From Eledone cirrhosa (taxonomy: Eukaryota): a stretch of 64,000 nt of DNA. The notes under the pieces were generated by a model. It did not search any database, was not told the DNA's origin, and worked only from the letters and a program-made list of their open reading frames with translations. Shown piece by piece: positions 1-11,559 of this stretch. The position numbers and the translations under genes are program-made. The stretch is taken from positions 86,180,001 through 86,244,000 of the forward strand of contig OZ024741.1 in the NCBI GenBank assembly GCA_964016885.1. The letters are read 5' to 3'. Within the stretch, counting starts at the first letter, position 1; every line of letters starts with the position of its first letter.

Positions 1-1431
1 GCCATTTGTGTATATTGCTATTGCACATCCATCGAAGCATGGAGGCTTCATTTTTTCCAATCTTCGCAGATCCTCTGCACACAGTGCATCATACAATCTG
101 CCTTTCATTTGAGGGGAAAACGTTTTTGTAGTTAGCAGCAGTAGTAGGTCCCTGAACTTTCTCCAACCCAATCTCACTCTGGCTACAGTACTTTCGAAAA
201 CACCAACCCCACTGCTGATTTGGTCCCCCCAGGTAACAGAAGCTATCTACCACTTCTGGGCATTTGAAGGTGATTGTATCCTGAGAGCTCTTGCTACTTA
301 TTGCGCCTGCGCACTGACTGCATGTAAAATCTACGTTCTCTGTTAGCCTGCCTGGGATCCTACCATATATCTTGTGTACCTATAGCTTGCACTTGGGACA
401 TAAGATGGAATTTCTACCTACTCATTTTCTGTACACCGAGCAAGGCCATTTGCCTGCGGAGATCTTGGCCCTGTCATCCTTTTTACTTACTAGAACTTTA
501 GTCTTTGCTAAGTTGATTTTAAGACCTTTAGATTCCAAGTTTGGAATTTCAGCTATATGGGTTAGGTCATGTGCATATAGAAGTTCCCAAGGGCAGCCAC
601 TCCATTATTGCCTGTAGGACTGATAAACAGGAGGAGGCTAAGAACTGAACCTTGGTGGACACCAACCTGCACACTAAATTCTTCACTATAGTCATTGTTA
701 ATTCTGACCTCGCTGACTTCTGTACATGGCTTGTACTGCATTCACAAGCCACTCATCTACTCCTAGTTTTCTAAGAGCCCACCAGATAATGGAATAGGGG
801 ACTCTGTCAAAAGCCAAGTAGAGGGATTTACTCTTAGCTAGGTACTTCTGCAAGTGTCAAGGAAGGGAGCATCTGGTACAAACCCAAACTGTATCTCATC
901 TAGGTTAACCTGTTCCCTAATCAGCTGAGCTGTGACCTTCATAACCTGGTCAACTGACTTAATTCCTCTACAGATTTCCCTATCTAGAGCATCACTTTTG
1001 CCCTTGTAGCAGTTTATGATGAAGCTGCTACACCAATCATTGGGTATGGCACCATTTTGTATAAATTGGTTTATAATGTGGGACACTAAGGTGTGGCCCA
1101 TCATGCCTGATGCTTTCAGCATGTCAGCAACTATCCTTGCTCTGTCTGGCTTCATATCCTTGATTGCCTTATTTACTATGCTACTGCTAACTTGTACAGC
1201 TGGTCCCTCTGTTGGGTCGGCGTGAGACAAACTGTTTTCATCCCATCCATTCTCCTCATTCAGTAATCTTTCATAGTGGCACTTCCATGCTTCCTTCTTT
1301 TCAGTGTCAGTGAGGGCAAGTTCGCTGAAACCATTTCAGACACACTTCTCCCCGCTGACATCACAATTATCCATGACAGGTTTGCAAGAAAGTGTGTCGG
1401 ATAATTGTGATGTCAGTGGGGAGAAGTGTGT
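1..1431 (-). mobile_element. Degenerate RTE LINE fragment (RT region), related to the intact copy at 7548-11047
   Basis: Minus-strand translation resembles the intact ORF (DPTEGPAV..NKAIKDMK, CYKGKSDALDR, LDEIQFGFV) but has frameshifts and stops; runs off the window edge. Confidence 0.9.
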
Positions 1432-1449
1432 ATACGTAAAATATATATC

Positions 1450-1995
1450 TTGTGTTATTTCATGACATAAAAGCCTGGTTCAATATTGGTAGAAATGTGT
1501 CAGAACCTATTGCAGTAAGGAATGTTGTCAAACAAGGTGACATAATAGCACCAACACTGTTTTCACTATTCTTTGCAGTGGTATTGTTAATGACATTTAA
1601 AGACTGTTGACATGGAATATACATTCGGGATGTTTTGGTGCTAATATGAAGAGCATGGACTCACTATTGAGAGAATTTCTGTATGCAGATGGCTACAATC
1701 TTTTTTCCCCCACACACAGGAAGATATGCAGCACCTAATGGACTCCTTCAGCAGTGCTTGGTTTAACAATCAGCTTGTAAAGATTGTGGCAGGAAAACCA
1801 TATGTAGAACTTCATACAAGACTATGATCAAGTGTACTGTGCACCCTTGACAATGAGAGTTAGAAAAGTGACTATGGTTTCAATGAGGTATCTCTAATGA
1901 TACTAAAGTTGAGGTTTATGTGACCTGTGTATTGTCCTTTCTATTGTATGCTTGTGAGATATAGGTTACTTAATGGAGGCATCTAAAATGCTTCC
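1450..1995 (+). mobile_element. Decayed RT fragment of a second (BovB-like) RTE family
   Basis: Reads RNVVKQGDIIAPTLFSLFFAV, later EFLYADG (decayed YADD) and LLYACEI. Confidence 0.7.
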
Positions 1996-1997
1996 AC

Positions 1998-2730
1998 AAT
2001 GACAAAGGTTTCTGCTCGGTGAGTGCCACGTTTTCTGACATCTAATCAAAAGTACACTAGCCTGATCACACCACAGGAAAATCAGACATTGTTTGAGGCA
2101 GATCCAGCTGGTTTCTTTGAATGTTTCCTAATCCAGGATGAGTGTTGGATTCATCTCTTTGAGCCAGAGACAAAAAGACAATCCGTGCAGTGGAAACACC
2201 TCTCCTCACTTGCTCCAAAGGCCAAGGTCGTTTCATCTGCAGGGAAGGTGATGGCCTCAGTTTTTTGGGATGCAAAAGGCATTGTGTTTATTGACTATCT
2301 TCAAAAGGGCCACACCATTAATAGAAAGTACTATGCCAACATGTTGAAGCAGTTACAAAAGGCTATAAAGACCGAATGCTAAATAAACTGACAAAAGAGG
2401 TCTTGTTTCAATAAGATGATGCTCTAGCACACATATCCTTGATTTCTTGGCTACAGTGCATGACTGGCTTTGAACTGGTTGATCACCCTCCCTATTCTCC
2501 TAATTTGGCCCTTTCTGACTATCTGTTCCCCAAAATGAAAAACACTTGGCTGGGAACCAGTATCGCAGTGATAATGACATCATATCTACTGTTGATGGTT
2601 CTTTTGACTAACGGGATGAAAGCTTCACCAATGGGATCGAAGCACTGCAAGATGTTGAAAAATAAACCTCATTTTGTCACATTCCATGAGAATATCTTGG
2701 TCAGCCTATGAACTTTTCAGCTGACTTACA
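1998..2730 (+). mobile_element. Mariner transposon, 3' half, pseudogenised transposase
   Basis: KVSAR*VPRFL (WVPR motif), DECWIHLFEPETKRQS, KVMASVFWD, HPPYSPNLALSDYLF. Confidence 0.9.
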
Positions 2731-2902
2731 ATACATACATTCATATATATATGTATTATGTATATCATCATCATCATTTTACGTCCGCTGTATATTTAAT
2801 AATATTCTGTATGTTTATATTAAAACATTTTGAAGGTCTTTCGCTATGAATTTAAGGTAGCGACTATAGTCACATACTTAGCTTCAGCAAAAACAAAGGG
2901 AA

Positions 2903-2947
2903 ATAACCGACGATCGTTTCTCGCTGTTTAGCGGTTATCAAGGCTAT
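2903..2947 (-). ncRNA. Minimal type-I hammerhead ribozyme motif, U3-A8 core variant
   Basis: Minus: ATAGCC-TTGATAA-C-CGCT-AAAC-AGCG-A-GAAA-CGATCG-TC-GGTTAT; stem I, stem II and a palindromic stem III. Confidence 0.6.
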
Positions 2948-3884
2948 ATATTTGCTGTGAACTGGATGGTTATTTATTTGTTGAGTGACTACTTTTGTTG
3001 TTACTTTGTATCTCCTTTTTTTGTGAGCTGTGAGTATAGAGATAGGTATAATCCCAACTGCGGCACAATATATATATTTATATATATATTACATTGTCTT
3101 TTGTGCCTCTGGTTCTAAAATTAATCTAAATTTCCCATAATATATATCAAACAAAAAGTGAGTTAGAGAAGCATTTAAATATAGATTAACTTATGCCAGA
3201 ATCTCCATTGGGAAGAATACAAGCTAGACAAATCAATATTAGAAAGTTTCACTTGTATCATCTCCCCAACTGCCTTTTTAAACTCATCATATAAATATGC
3301 AAATTTCGTTTACATGCATTTATATTTTTATTCTGTATCGACTTGTTACGTTACACATGTTTCACAGATAATTGGCTCCAGGTCACCCTTGGAAGTTATG
3401 GACCTGACTTCTGTATTGATCTGTGATTCAACAAAAAGTATTTGTGGTGGTTGAAATTTTGGGTATATATAAACATCAGCCCCATTTTTTTTGCATGGGT
3501 GTGTGCATATGTGTTTGAGTGAGTAGGCATGCCTACTTGTGTGTGTGTATGGGTATGGATATGTGAGGACTGGAAGAGTCTGCCAGGCTCCACAATCAGG
3601 AGTTGCCAGACAAACAAAAATGTTCAAAACAGGACATGGGACAATGAACCTCTCAGCAGGGTGGCGTGACATTGGTGTCAGGTTACAAGTGCCCATGAGT
3701 TGTAATAAGGAGAACATCATCAACCACAACAGCAGTATCCACAACTGCCACACCACCAAATAAATAGATAGTAATGTCAATTGTAGTAGTAGTAGTAGCT
3801 GCAATAATCATGATACAGATAAGGCTGATATTTAGTAGTAGCAATATCACTAGTAACAATAATAGTGGTGATAATGTAATAATA

Positions 3885-4075
3885 ATTATTTCTACTTTTG
3901 GCACAAGGCCAGCAATTACCCCAGTGCATTACTGGTGCTTTATTTTATCAACCCCCGTAAGGATGAAAGGCAAAGCTAACCTTGGCAGAATTTTAACTCA
4001 GAACATAAAGAGCCATAATTCTATGCTGCAAAGCATGTTGCCTGACGCTCTACCGATACTGTCAATCTGCTGGTA
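3885..4075 (-). mobile_element. tRNA-derived SINE (Nin-domain-like); related copies ~6980-7152(+), 28405-28582(-), 31350-31566(-), 41305-41400(+), 58880-59000(-)
   Basis: B-box-like GAGTTCAAATCCC, shared AACTTTGCCTTTCATCCTTACGGG..GATAAAATAAAGTACCAGT block, (AAT)n tail. Confidence 0.85.
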
Positions 4076-4267
4076 ATAATAATAATGCATATCGTTCATT
4101 TTTCCATGCTAGCATGGTATATATATATCTATATATATACACATAAACACGTGTGTGTGTGTGTGAGCATATATAAATGTGTGTAAAAAGTAAACAGAAA
4201 TAACAAAGCAAACAACACAGTATAATAAAGAAATATATTAATTCTATGCTTGATATAATAGGAAACA

Positions 4268-4307
4268 TATTTCAACATTTCAGATGCTAGTCCTTCATCA
4301 GGAAATA
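4268..4307 (-). ncRNA. CpG-decayed minimal hammerhead ribozyme motif (Penelope-like terminus)
   Basis: Minus: TATTTC-CTGATGA-A-GGA-CTAGCA-TCT-GAAA-TG-TT-GAAATA; two TG-to-CG reversions give TCC-GAAA-CG-TT. Confidence 0.6.
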
Positions 4308-4559
4308 GAATGAGAAATTAAAGAAGAAATAGAAAGATAGAGGGGAGTGAGCACGGGCAGAAACGGGGAAAAAAGCAGGTCTGTTCATTTCGCCATCTCT
4401 TGGAAAAGTGTTGATAGAGGCTTTTAGTTCAGTTGGCTACTGGAAGACTAGTGGCTGGAATATGATGCTTTACTTCCTGGTGAGTTGAGAGAATGTCATG
4501 GTAGTGAGTTTCAGGCAGTTCAAAAATAGGTCCAAGAACTCGTTCTTGGTCTGAAAGAC

Positions 4560-4900
4560 AGCTTATATTTGAAGAGCCACATGTGCAGAGGTTGCTGTTG
4601 CTGCTGACAAGTCTCCCAAGCAGTTAGTGAGCCCAAAGGAAGTCTGCTTCAATTATAGGCTGATGGATATCAGCAACAGTGAATGGTCATGTATATTCCT
4701 GTGAGCTGATATCAAGAGAGAGAATGCAGTATCAATAAGCTTTGATTGTAGAATTGGTGGCTGCCAAAGGTTGACCCCATTCTCCATAACAGAGGTCTTT
4801 TGCAGATGCCAGGATGATGCTGACTTCTGAGATCTGATTGTGGACAAACAAGAGCAGATGATTGCGTTTGTTGGCCACCAGGGTGTTTATCAGCAGCCAG
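4560..4900 (-). mobile_element. Possible Ty3/Gypsy aspartic protease remnant
   Basis: Fragmentary minus-strand peptides SEVSII, PLAATNSTIK, PFTVADIHQPIIEADFL. Confidence 0.45.
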
Positions 4901-4949
4901 CCATTGAGTTTCCAAGAGTCAATAATGAAGTTCTTTTGAAATATATATA

Positions 4950-6204
4950 CGAGGTGGTATCAAAAGGTTTCCGAACTAGTTATGTAGTACACCAACAGAT
5001 GGCAACACACGTTTGCATGCGCAGTGAGAGCCTTCAGTGACATTCATGTGCCAGTATGCCAAGTGATATTGCTGTGATCACTTTGCAAGTTATTAATTTG
5101 TATTTTTGTGATCATGTATACGCTGTAGCCTATGATTTTGTCATGAACAGGAAGTTGGAACAAAGAGCCAACATGAAATTTTATGTTCAACTTGGGAGGT
5201 CTGCTACAGAGACATTGAGCCTGCTTCAGCAAGCTTACAGCGATGAGGCAATGAGTCATTTGCAATGTTTCAAAAGCAGAAGAATGTCCCTGGAAGATGA
5301 CGAATGCCACCCCCGTGAATGTGGAGAAAATTAGCCAGCTGTGCATGAGGATCGTCGGAGGACAATCAACGATATAGCTGATGTTGGTCTGTCATATAGG
5401 TCCGTGCAGGCAATCCTAACGTCTGAATTGAACATGCTGTGTATCACTGCCAAGTTTGTCCTCCACCTGCTGACCACTGAGCAGAAAGAACATTGCATCG
5501 AAGTCTGTCTAGATCTCCATCAGCATTCCGCTGATGACCCATCCTTCATGTGGAGGATCATCTCCGGTGATGACAGTTGGGTTTACGGGTATGACCCTGA
5601 GATGAAGCAGCAGTCGACACAGTGGAAAAGCTCTTCATCTCCATGACTGAAGAAGGCACAACAGAGCTGCAGATCAATCAAGAGCATGATCATGGTTTTT
5701 TTTTTTTATGCCCGCAGTATTGTCCACTCAGAATTCGTCCCCCAGGGCCAGACTGTCAATCGAGAGTTCTACTGCAATATTTGAGGGAAAATGTTCGACG
5801 AAAGCAACCGGATCTGTAGAACTTGAAGAATTGGATTCTTCTCAGCGACAATGCACCCTGTCACTAAGCTCTCTTCACTCATGCGTTTCTCGCCCAAAAC
5901 AACATTGTATCACTTCTGCAACCATCCTAATTGCCAGATTCAGTACCTGCGAACTTCCATCTCTTCTCTAAGCTGAAAATGCAGCTGAAAGGTCACAGTT
6001 TTAACACTTGCTGAGATCCAGAGTGAATTGCAGAAGGTCCTTGATTCACTTACTGAAAACTACTTCCAGGCCAGATTCCAAAAGGGGCAAGAATATTGCG
6101 ACTAGTGTATTGCTGTGCAAGGTGACTATTTTGAAGATGATGTTAAAATTTCGGTAAATGTATCATTTACTTTTAAACATTTTCAGCTTTTTCATACCGC
6201 CTCG
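4950..6204 (+). mobile_element. Full-length (1255 bp) mariner element with disrupted transposase
   Basis: TIRs CGAGGTGGTATCAAAA / TTTTCATACCGCCTCG flanked by TA; EQRANMKFYVQLG, SGDDSWVYGYDPEMKQQS, DNAPCH in several frames. Confidence 0.93.
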
Positions 6205-6250
6205 TATATATATATATTAATAAATGGAAACATATTTATAAAACCATAAT

Positions 6251-6316
6251 TATTTTATTATATATATTTCAAAGGCAACCAAGGCAAATTTTGGTGCGCT
6301 TTCATCAGATAAAATA
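6251..6316 (-). ncRNA. Hammerhead ribozyme motif, same family as 23716-23780 and 23899-23963
   Basis: Minus: TATTTTAT-CTGATGA-stem II-GAAA-TATATA-TA-ATAAAATA. Confidence 0.65.
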
Positions 6317-6386
6317 CAAATTTGTTTTATAAATATTGACATACCCGCATAAAGACAACCTTAACGGTTGAGGTTTGCTGGAGATA

Positions 6387-6640
6387 TCATCATCATCATC
6401 ATTTTACGTCCGCTTTTCCCTGCTTACAAGGGTGGGACGGGAACTGATTCTGGCTTGATTTCTACAGCTGGATACCCTTCCTAACACCAACCTCATTTAC
6501 AGTGAGTGCTGGGTGCTTTTTTGCCGTGGCACCTCCACGACCACTTTGCAGTGGAATGATAGGGGCCCCAGTCCTATCATCTCATTTCTACAGCTGAGTA
6601 AACTGGAGCAATGTGAAATAAAGTGTCCTGCTCAAGGAAA
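6387..6640 (-). mobile_element. tRNA/CORE-like SINE with RTE-derived 3' tail; related copies ~12660-12985, 26893-27283, 29190-29322, 39085-39403 (all -), 61520-61660 (+)
   Basis: Shared GAGCAATGTGAAATAAAGTGTCTTGCTCAAGG block; several copies carry GGATGCCCTTCCTAACACCAACC and a (GAT)n tail like the RTE 3' end. Confidence 0.85.
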
Positions 6641-7547
6641 TATATCCCATATATATATATATGGGATAACAAATTATCGTTCTAGGTAATCCAGTTAGAG
6701 GTTGTGAATACTCCGTATTGTGGATAGTTTTAGCGTACAGCGTTGTTTGACTCAACAAGAGGTTTCCTTAGGTAGCGAGTTCTCGGGAATTCCTATGCAG
6801 CTTCTAACATAACTTCTAATTTATTAATTTACCCTTTATTTAGCACTGTACTATTTCTTCATAATATAATTTAACCAATACATATATGTATATATTTAGT
6901 ATTTTCATGTTTATACCATCACATCTTTATATTTTAACCACCACCACCACCACCACCACATTTTCAACAATCATTATTGTGTTCAGTAGAGTCGGACGCC
7001 ATGCTTTCCAGCATAGTTACATCCCTTTACGGTCTGAGTTCAAATCCCGCTGAGGTTAACTTTGCCTTTCATCCTTACGGGATCGATAAAATAAAGTACC
7101 AGTAATGTACTTGGTAATTGCTGGCCTTGTGCCAAAAGTAGAAACAATTATTATGTTCACTTTTCTTCACACACATATACATTTTTTTACTTATTTTTTA
7201 TCATCTTCATTCTAACTTATTTATTATTTTTTCTTTTTCTCTCTCTCTCTTTTTTTCTTTATTACTGATGTTGTGATTTGAATTTTCCTAGTATATTACA
7301 AACGCCATGTATAATTTAAATCATTTTTTCCGATGATTTGATTAAGCATACATTGTATTTAAAATTGAGTGACACAACTTCAAGTGATTAGCCACTTTTA
7401 GACAACTTAATCAATGAAACAATTGTTAATACTGTAAATAAAAAACCTTTTTTGTACTGTTGACCATGTTATTCTTCACTCTTTCACTATATATATATAT
7501 ATATATAAAATCAAATTAAATATATATAAAATCAAATTAAAGTCAAA

Positions 7548-10500
7548 TTCACCTCGTGGACGAGAATGCGAGCACTCCTCTTTGTTTCATCCGCGGATGG
7601 CTAACATAACCCTATCTCCCCCCGCCCCCCACCACCCCCACCCTCCAAACGCAACCCAAAACTTCAGAGTTGGTACCATAAATGTAGGCACCCTAAAGGG
7701 TCGCGCTAACGAGGTTGTAGAAATGCTTGAACGTAAGGAGGTCGATGTTTGTTGTATTCAAGAGACCAGGTGGAGGGGTGGGTCTGCTAGATTCATTGAG
7801 GGTAAAAAACGATGTTATAAGCTTTTCTGGGTGGGAAACGACGATGGGCTGGGTGGAGTAGGAATCATGGTAGCAGAAAAGTGGGCAGATAAGATAATAG
7901 ACGTAAATAGAGTAAACGACAGAATAATTAAAATAAGACTTGTCCTCAATAGAACTACGGTGACAGTAATATCTGCGTACGCACCCCAATCCGGACTGCC
8001 CGGCACTATAAAAGACAGATTCTATGAGACACTGTTGCTAACTACCTCCCAAATATCTGACAGTGACTATATAATTATTGCAGGCGACCTAAATGGTCAC
8101 GTTGGACAACATTGTGACGGCTACGACGAAATCCATGGAGGCTATGGGTTTGGTACTAGAAATGAGGAAGGCTCCAGAATCCTGGAATTCTGTGATGCAA
8201 ATAACCTAACTATCTGTAACACTAACTTCAAAAAACGTGACAATCACCTGATCACCTATAGATCCGGGGAACACACAAGCCAGGTAGATTATATCCTTAC
8301 CAGAAGACGTGACAGAGTGTCTGTTGTAAACACTAAATCCCTCCCCCATGAAGAATGCACCTCCCAACATAGACTGATAATTAGCGACCTCATAGTCAGG
8401 ACGAGACGTACTCGACAGCAGAAGAGGACTATCCTCAGGAGGAAAATATGGAAACTAAAGGACCCCACAGCCAGAAATAAATTTCAAAGCATATTACTTG
8501 ATGCTTTCGACAGTAAGGAAGAGCATCTAGAATCGGACAATATAGAGGGACAGTGGGAATTTCTGAAAGCAAACCTGCTGTTGGCGACAGACGAAGTCTG
8601 TGGCTGGAGCAGGCCTGTAGGCAGGAGGAGAGTAACATGGTGGTGGAACAGTAGGGTGGAGGGGTCAATTAAGGCCAAAAAGCAGGCTTGGAAAGTATGG
8701 CGGGATGGGGGAAGTAGAGTAGACTATCAAGTGGCTAGGAGAGAAGTGTACTTAGCAAGAAGGGAAGCTGAGGAAAGAAAGTTCAAGCATGTTCTACAAC
8801 GCGATGACCAAAAACGTGAGGTGTTCAGGATTGCCAGGCAATGTGTCAAGGAAAACTGTGATATTGTCGGGGAGAAGTGTGTACTTAATGATGATGGCAT
8901 ATTTGCCATCACCGACACTGATAAGAAGGTAGCTTGGAAGTGTCACTATGAAAGGCTACTAAATGAGGAGAATAAATGGGAGAAAGACAGTCTCCCCCAT
9001 ATCGACCCGATAGAGGGACCAGCAGTGTTAGTCGAGGGGAGTATAATAAGTAAGGCAATCAAGGATATGAAGACGGGTAAGGCGGCTGGGCCTTCGGAAA
9101 TAGTTGCTGAGATGCTGAAGGCATCTGGCACGGTGGGACACACCATGGTCACCCGCATAGTTAACCAAGTCGTACAGAATGGGGTTGTTCCGAAGGACTG
9201 GCATAGCAGCATCATCGTTAACTGTTATAAGGGTAAAGGAGACGCCCTAGATAGGAGTAACTATAGAGGCATTAAATTAATCGACCAGGTCATGAAGGTC
9301 ACGGAAAAAGTAATAGCGCAACTAATCAGAGAGAGAATTGACCTAGATGAAATGCAGTTCGGGTTTGTGTCAGGCAAAAGCACCACAGACGCTCTTTTCA
9401 TAGTACGACAACTACAGGAGAAGTACCTAGCTAAAGGTAAACCCCTCTACTTAGCTTTTGTCGACCTGGAGAAAGCCTTTGACAGAGTCCCCCGCTCCAT
9501 TATCTGGTGGGCTCTTAGAAAACTAGGCGTTGACGAATGGCTTGTGAGGGCTATAGAAGCCATGTATAAAGAAACAGTCAGCAAGGTTAGAATTAACAAC
9601 GAATATAGTGAAGAGTTTAGCGTAAAAGTTGGCGTCCATCAGGGCTCTGTTCTCAGCCCCCTACTATTTATTATTGCCCTTCAGGCTATAACAGAGGAGT
9701 TCAAGACAGGCTGCCCATGGGAACTCCTATACGCAGACGACCTGACACTCATAGCGGAATCAATGGCCGAGCTAGAGAAGAAATTCCAAACATGGAAGCA
9801 CGGCCTAAAGTCAAAAGGAATTAAAATTAACCTGGCTAAGACCAAAGTTCTAGTTTGTAGGAAAGAAAACAAGGCGGCGGTCCCTTCTGGGAAATGGTCG
9901 TGCTCGGTATGTAGGAAAGGCGTAGGTAGAAACTCCATTTTATGTCCTAAATGCAAAGTATGGGTGCATAAAAGATGTAGTGGGATCACAGGTAAGCTAA
10001 CTAAGAACATAGACTTTACATGTGGCCGGTGTTCTGGTGCAATAAGTAGCAGCAAGTGCCCACAAAATACTAGCTCTTTCAATTGCGCAGAGGGTTCTAT
10101 AGAAATAGTGGACAGCTTCTGTTACCTGGGCGATAAAATCAGCAGTGGGGGAGGGTGCTCTGAAAGTACTGTAGCTAGAGTCAGAACTGGTTGGAAAAAG
10201 TTCAGAGAGCTTATACCACTATTAGCCGCTAAAGGGTTCTCCCTAAAAATGAAAGGCAGGTTGTACGATGCCTGCATACGAACAGCAATGTTGCATGGTA
10301 GTGAGACCTGGGCATTGTGTGCAGAGGATATACGCAGACTAGAGAGGAACGAAGCTTGCATGCTCCGCTGGATGTGTAACAGTAATATACGTGAACGGCA
10401 AGGCATAAACGAACTAAGGAAAAAATTAGAGATAAGAGGGATCAGATGTTGTTTACTCGAGAGAAGGCTGCGTTGGTATGGACACGTGATGCGCATGAAA

Positions 10501-11047
10501 GTCGATAGCTGTATAACAAAGTGCAGGGCAATAAAGATAGACGGTAGCCACGGAATAGGCAGACCTAGAAAAACATGGGATGAGCTGATAAACTCCGACC
10601 TCACACACTTACACCTCTCCAAGACAATGTCACTGGACCGAGACCTTTGGCGGTACTCAGTAACAGAGAAGACCCGCCTTGCCAGTAGGCATCTCTAACA
10701 AAATACACCCTGTCCCGCCACCACCCCCACCCCATCCACACCACCCCGTTCTATGTAAAGTTATGTTGGTGCCGCGCCATCCAGGCCGAAACAAATGAGA
10801 TCGTGTAGGTGTCACGACAAAAAAACACACAGTCCACGCTGTAATGTGGCCGTGTAGGCCACGGTAAAAACCTCCCAGACCCACACTGTAAATGTGGTTG
10901 GTGTTAGGAAGGGCATCCAACTGTAGAAAACCTGCCAGACAGTCCTATGCGAGCAAGACAATCACTCTTGCCTCAAGTGGGACTACCCCCGTCCAAACCC
11001 ATGCAAGCGTGGAACACGGACGTTAAACGTTGATGATGATGATGATG
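7548..11047 (+). mobile_element. Near full-length RTE-clade LINE with intact ORF and (GAT)n tail
   Basis: Single uninterrupted ORF, ~350-bp 3' UTR ending GGACGTTAAACGTT(GAT)n; no clear TSD. Confidence 0.96.
7597..10698 (+). CDS. RTE ORF: APE endonuclease + reverse transcriptase + C4HC3 PHD-type zinc finger (1033 aa from first ATG)
   Basis: APE: GTINV, IQETRW, GDLNGH, QVDYIL, TSQH; RT: YRGIKL, FVDLEKAFD, GVHQGSVLSP, LLYADD, YLG; CSVC..CPKC..HKRC..CGRC at 9901-10032. Confidence 0.95.
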   Translation: MANITLSPPAPHHPHPPNATQNFRVGTINVGTLKGRANEVVEMLERKEVDVCCIQETRWRGGSARFIEGKKRCYKLFWVGNDDGLGGVGIMVAEKWADKIIDVNRVNDRIIKIRLVLNRTTVTVISAYAPQSGLPGTIKDRFYETLLLTTSQISDSDYIIIAGDLNGHVGQHCDGYDEIHGGYGFGTRNEEGSRILEFCDANNLTICNTNFKKRDNHLITYRSGEHTSQVDYILTRRRDRVSVVNTKSLPHEECTSQHRLIISDLIVRTRRTRQQKRTILRRKIWKLKDPTARNKFQSILLDAFDSKEEHLESDNIEGQWEFLKANLLLATDEVCGWSRPVGRRRVTWWWNSRVEGSIKAKKQAWKVWRDGGSRVDYQVARREVYLARREAEERKFKHVLQRDDQKREVFRIARQCVKENCDIVGEKCVLNDDGIFAITDTDKKVAWKCHYERLLNEENKWEKDSLPHIDPIEGPAVLVEGSIISKAIKDMKTGKAAGPSEIVAEMLKASGTVGHTMVTRIVNQVVQNGVVPKDWHSSIIVNCYKGKGDALDRSNYRGIKLIDQVMKVTEKVIAQLIRERIDLDEMQFGFVSGKSTTDALFIVRQLQEKYLAKGKPLYLAFVDLEKAFDRVPRSIIWWALRKLGVDEWLVRAIEAMYKETVSKVRINNEYSEEFSVKVGVHQGSVLSPLLFIIALQAITEEFKTGCPWELLYADDLTLIAESMAELEKKFQTWKHGLKSKGIKINLAKTKVLVCRKENKAAVPSGKWSCSVCRKGVGRNSILCPKCKVWVHKRCSGITGKLTKNIDFTCGRCSGAISSSKCPQNTSSFNCAEGSIEIVDSFCYLGDKISSGGGCSESTVARVRTGWKKFRELIPLLAAKGFSLKMKGRLYDACIRTAMLHGSETWALCAEDIRRLERNEACMLRWMCNSNIRERQGINELRKKLEIRGIRCCLLERRLRWYGHVMRMKVDSCITKCRAIKIDGSHGIGRPRKTWDELINSDLTHLHLSKTMSLDRDLWRYSVTEKTRLASRHL

Positions 11048-11559
11048 AAAATGACATTTATTTATTACATATTACCATTTGTTTCCATATCGATCAGCTC
11101 AGGTTTGATCATGCAATCGGATCCAGACTTTTAATAGGCACTTCTTCAGATATGAGAGTCTACATGGCTGGTCCCATCCAAACTGTTGACATATGTCCTG
11201 TGTTCGTTTTATATACATGTTATTGGGTTATGGTGGGTGGATGGGAGTGGGTAGATGGTGAATAGTGGTTTCAATATGACAGAGGTGGTGAATTGTAAAG
11301 AATTGTAATTGGGATGGGCATAACATTTTCTTTAGATGAAATTATAAATATCAAAATTGGGAAGAATGAAAGGAAAAAAGAAGCAGCTGTTAAGTGATCA
11401 GCAGGAATTCAAATGACTACAAGAATGACAGGTAGGGCCATATTGCTATGAGGGATAATGGTAAGCATCCAAGTGAGGGAAATAAGGAGGAGGAAGAGGT
11501 GGTGGTTGTGTTGTTTATGATGATGATGATGGTCGTGGTTATGATGATGGTGAGCTATG

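Noticed and set aside
3346-4076. ORFs of 73-152 aa as host exons
   Set aside because: Low-complexity and SINE overlap, no domain, no consistent splice pair
7501-7541. 20-bp tandem duplication upstream of the RTE as a TSD
   Set aside because: Not repeated after the (GAT)n tail at 11047
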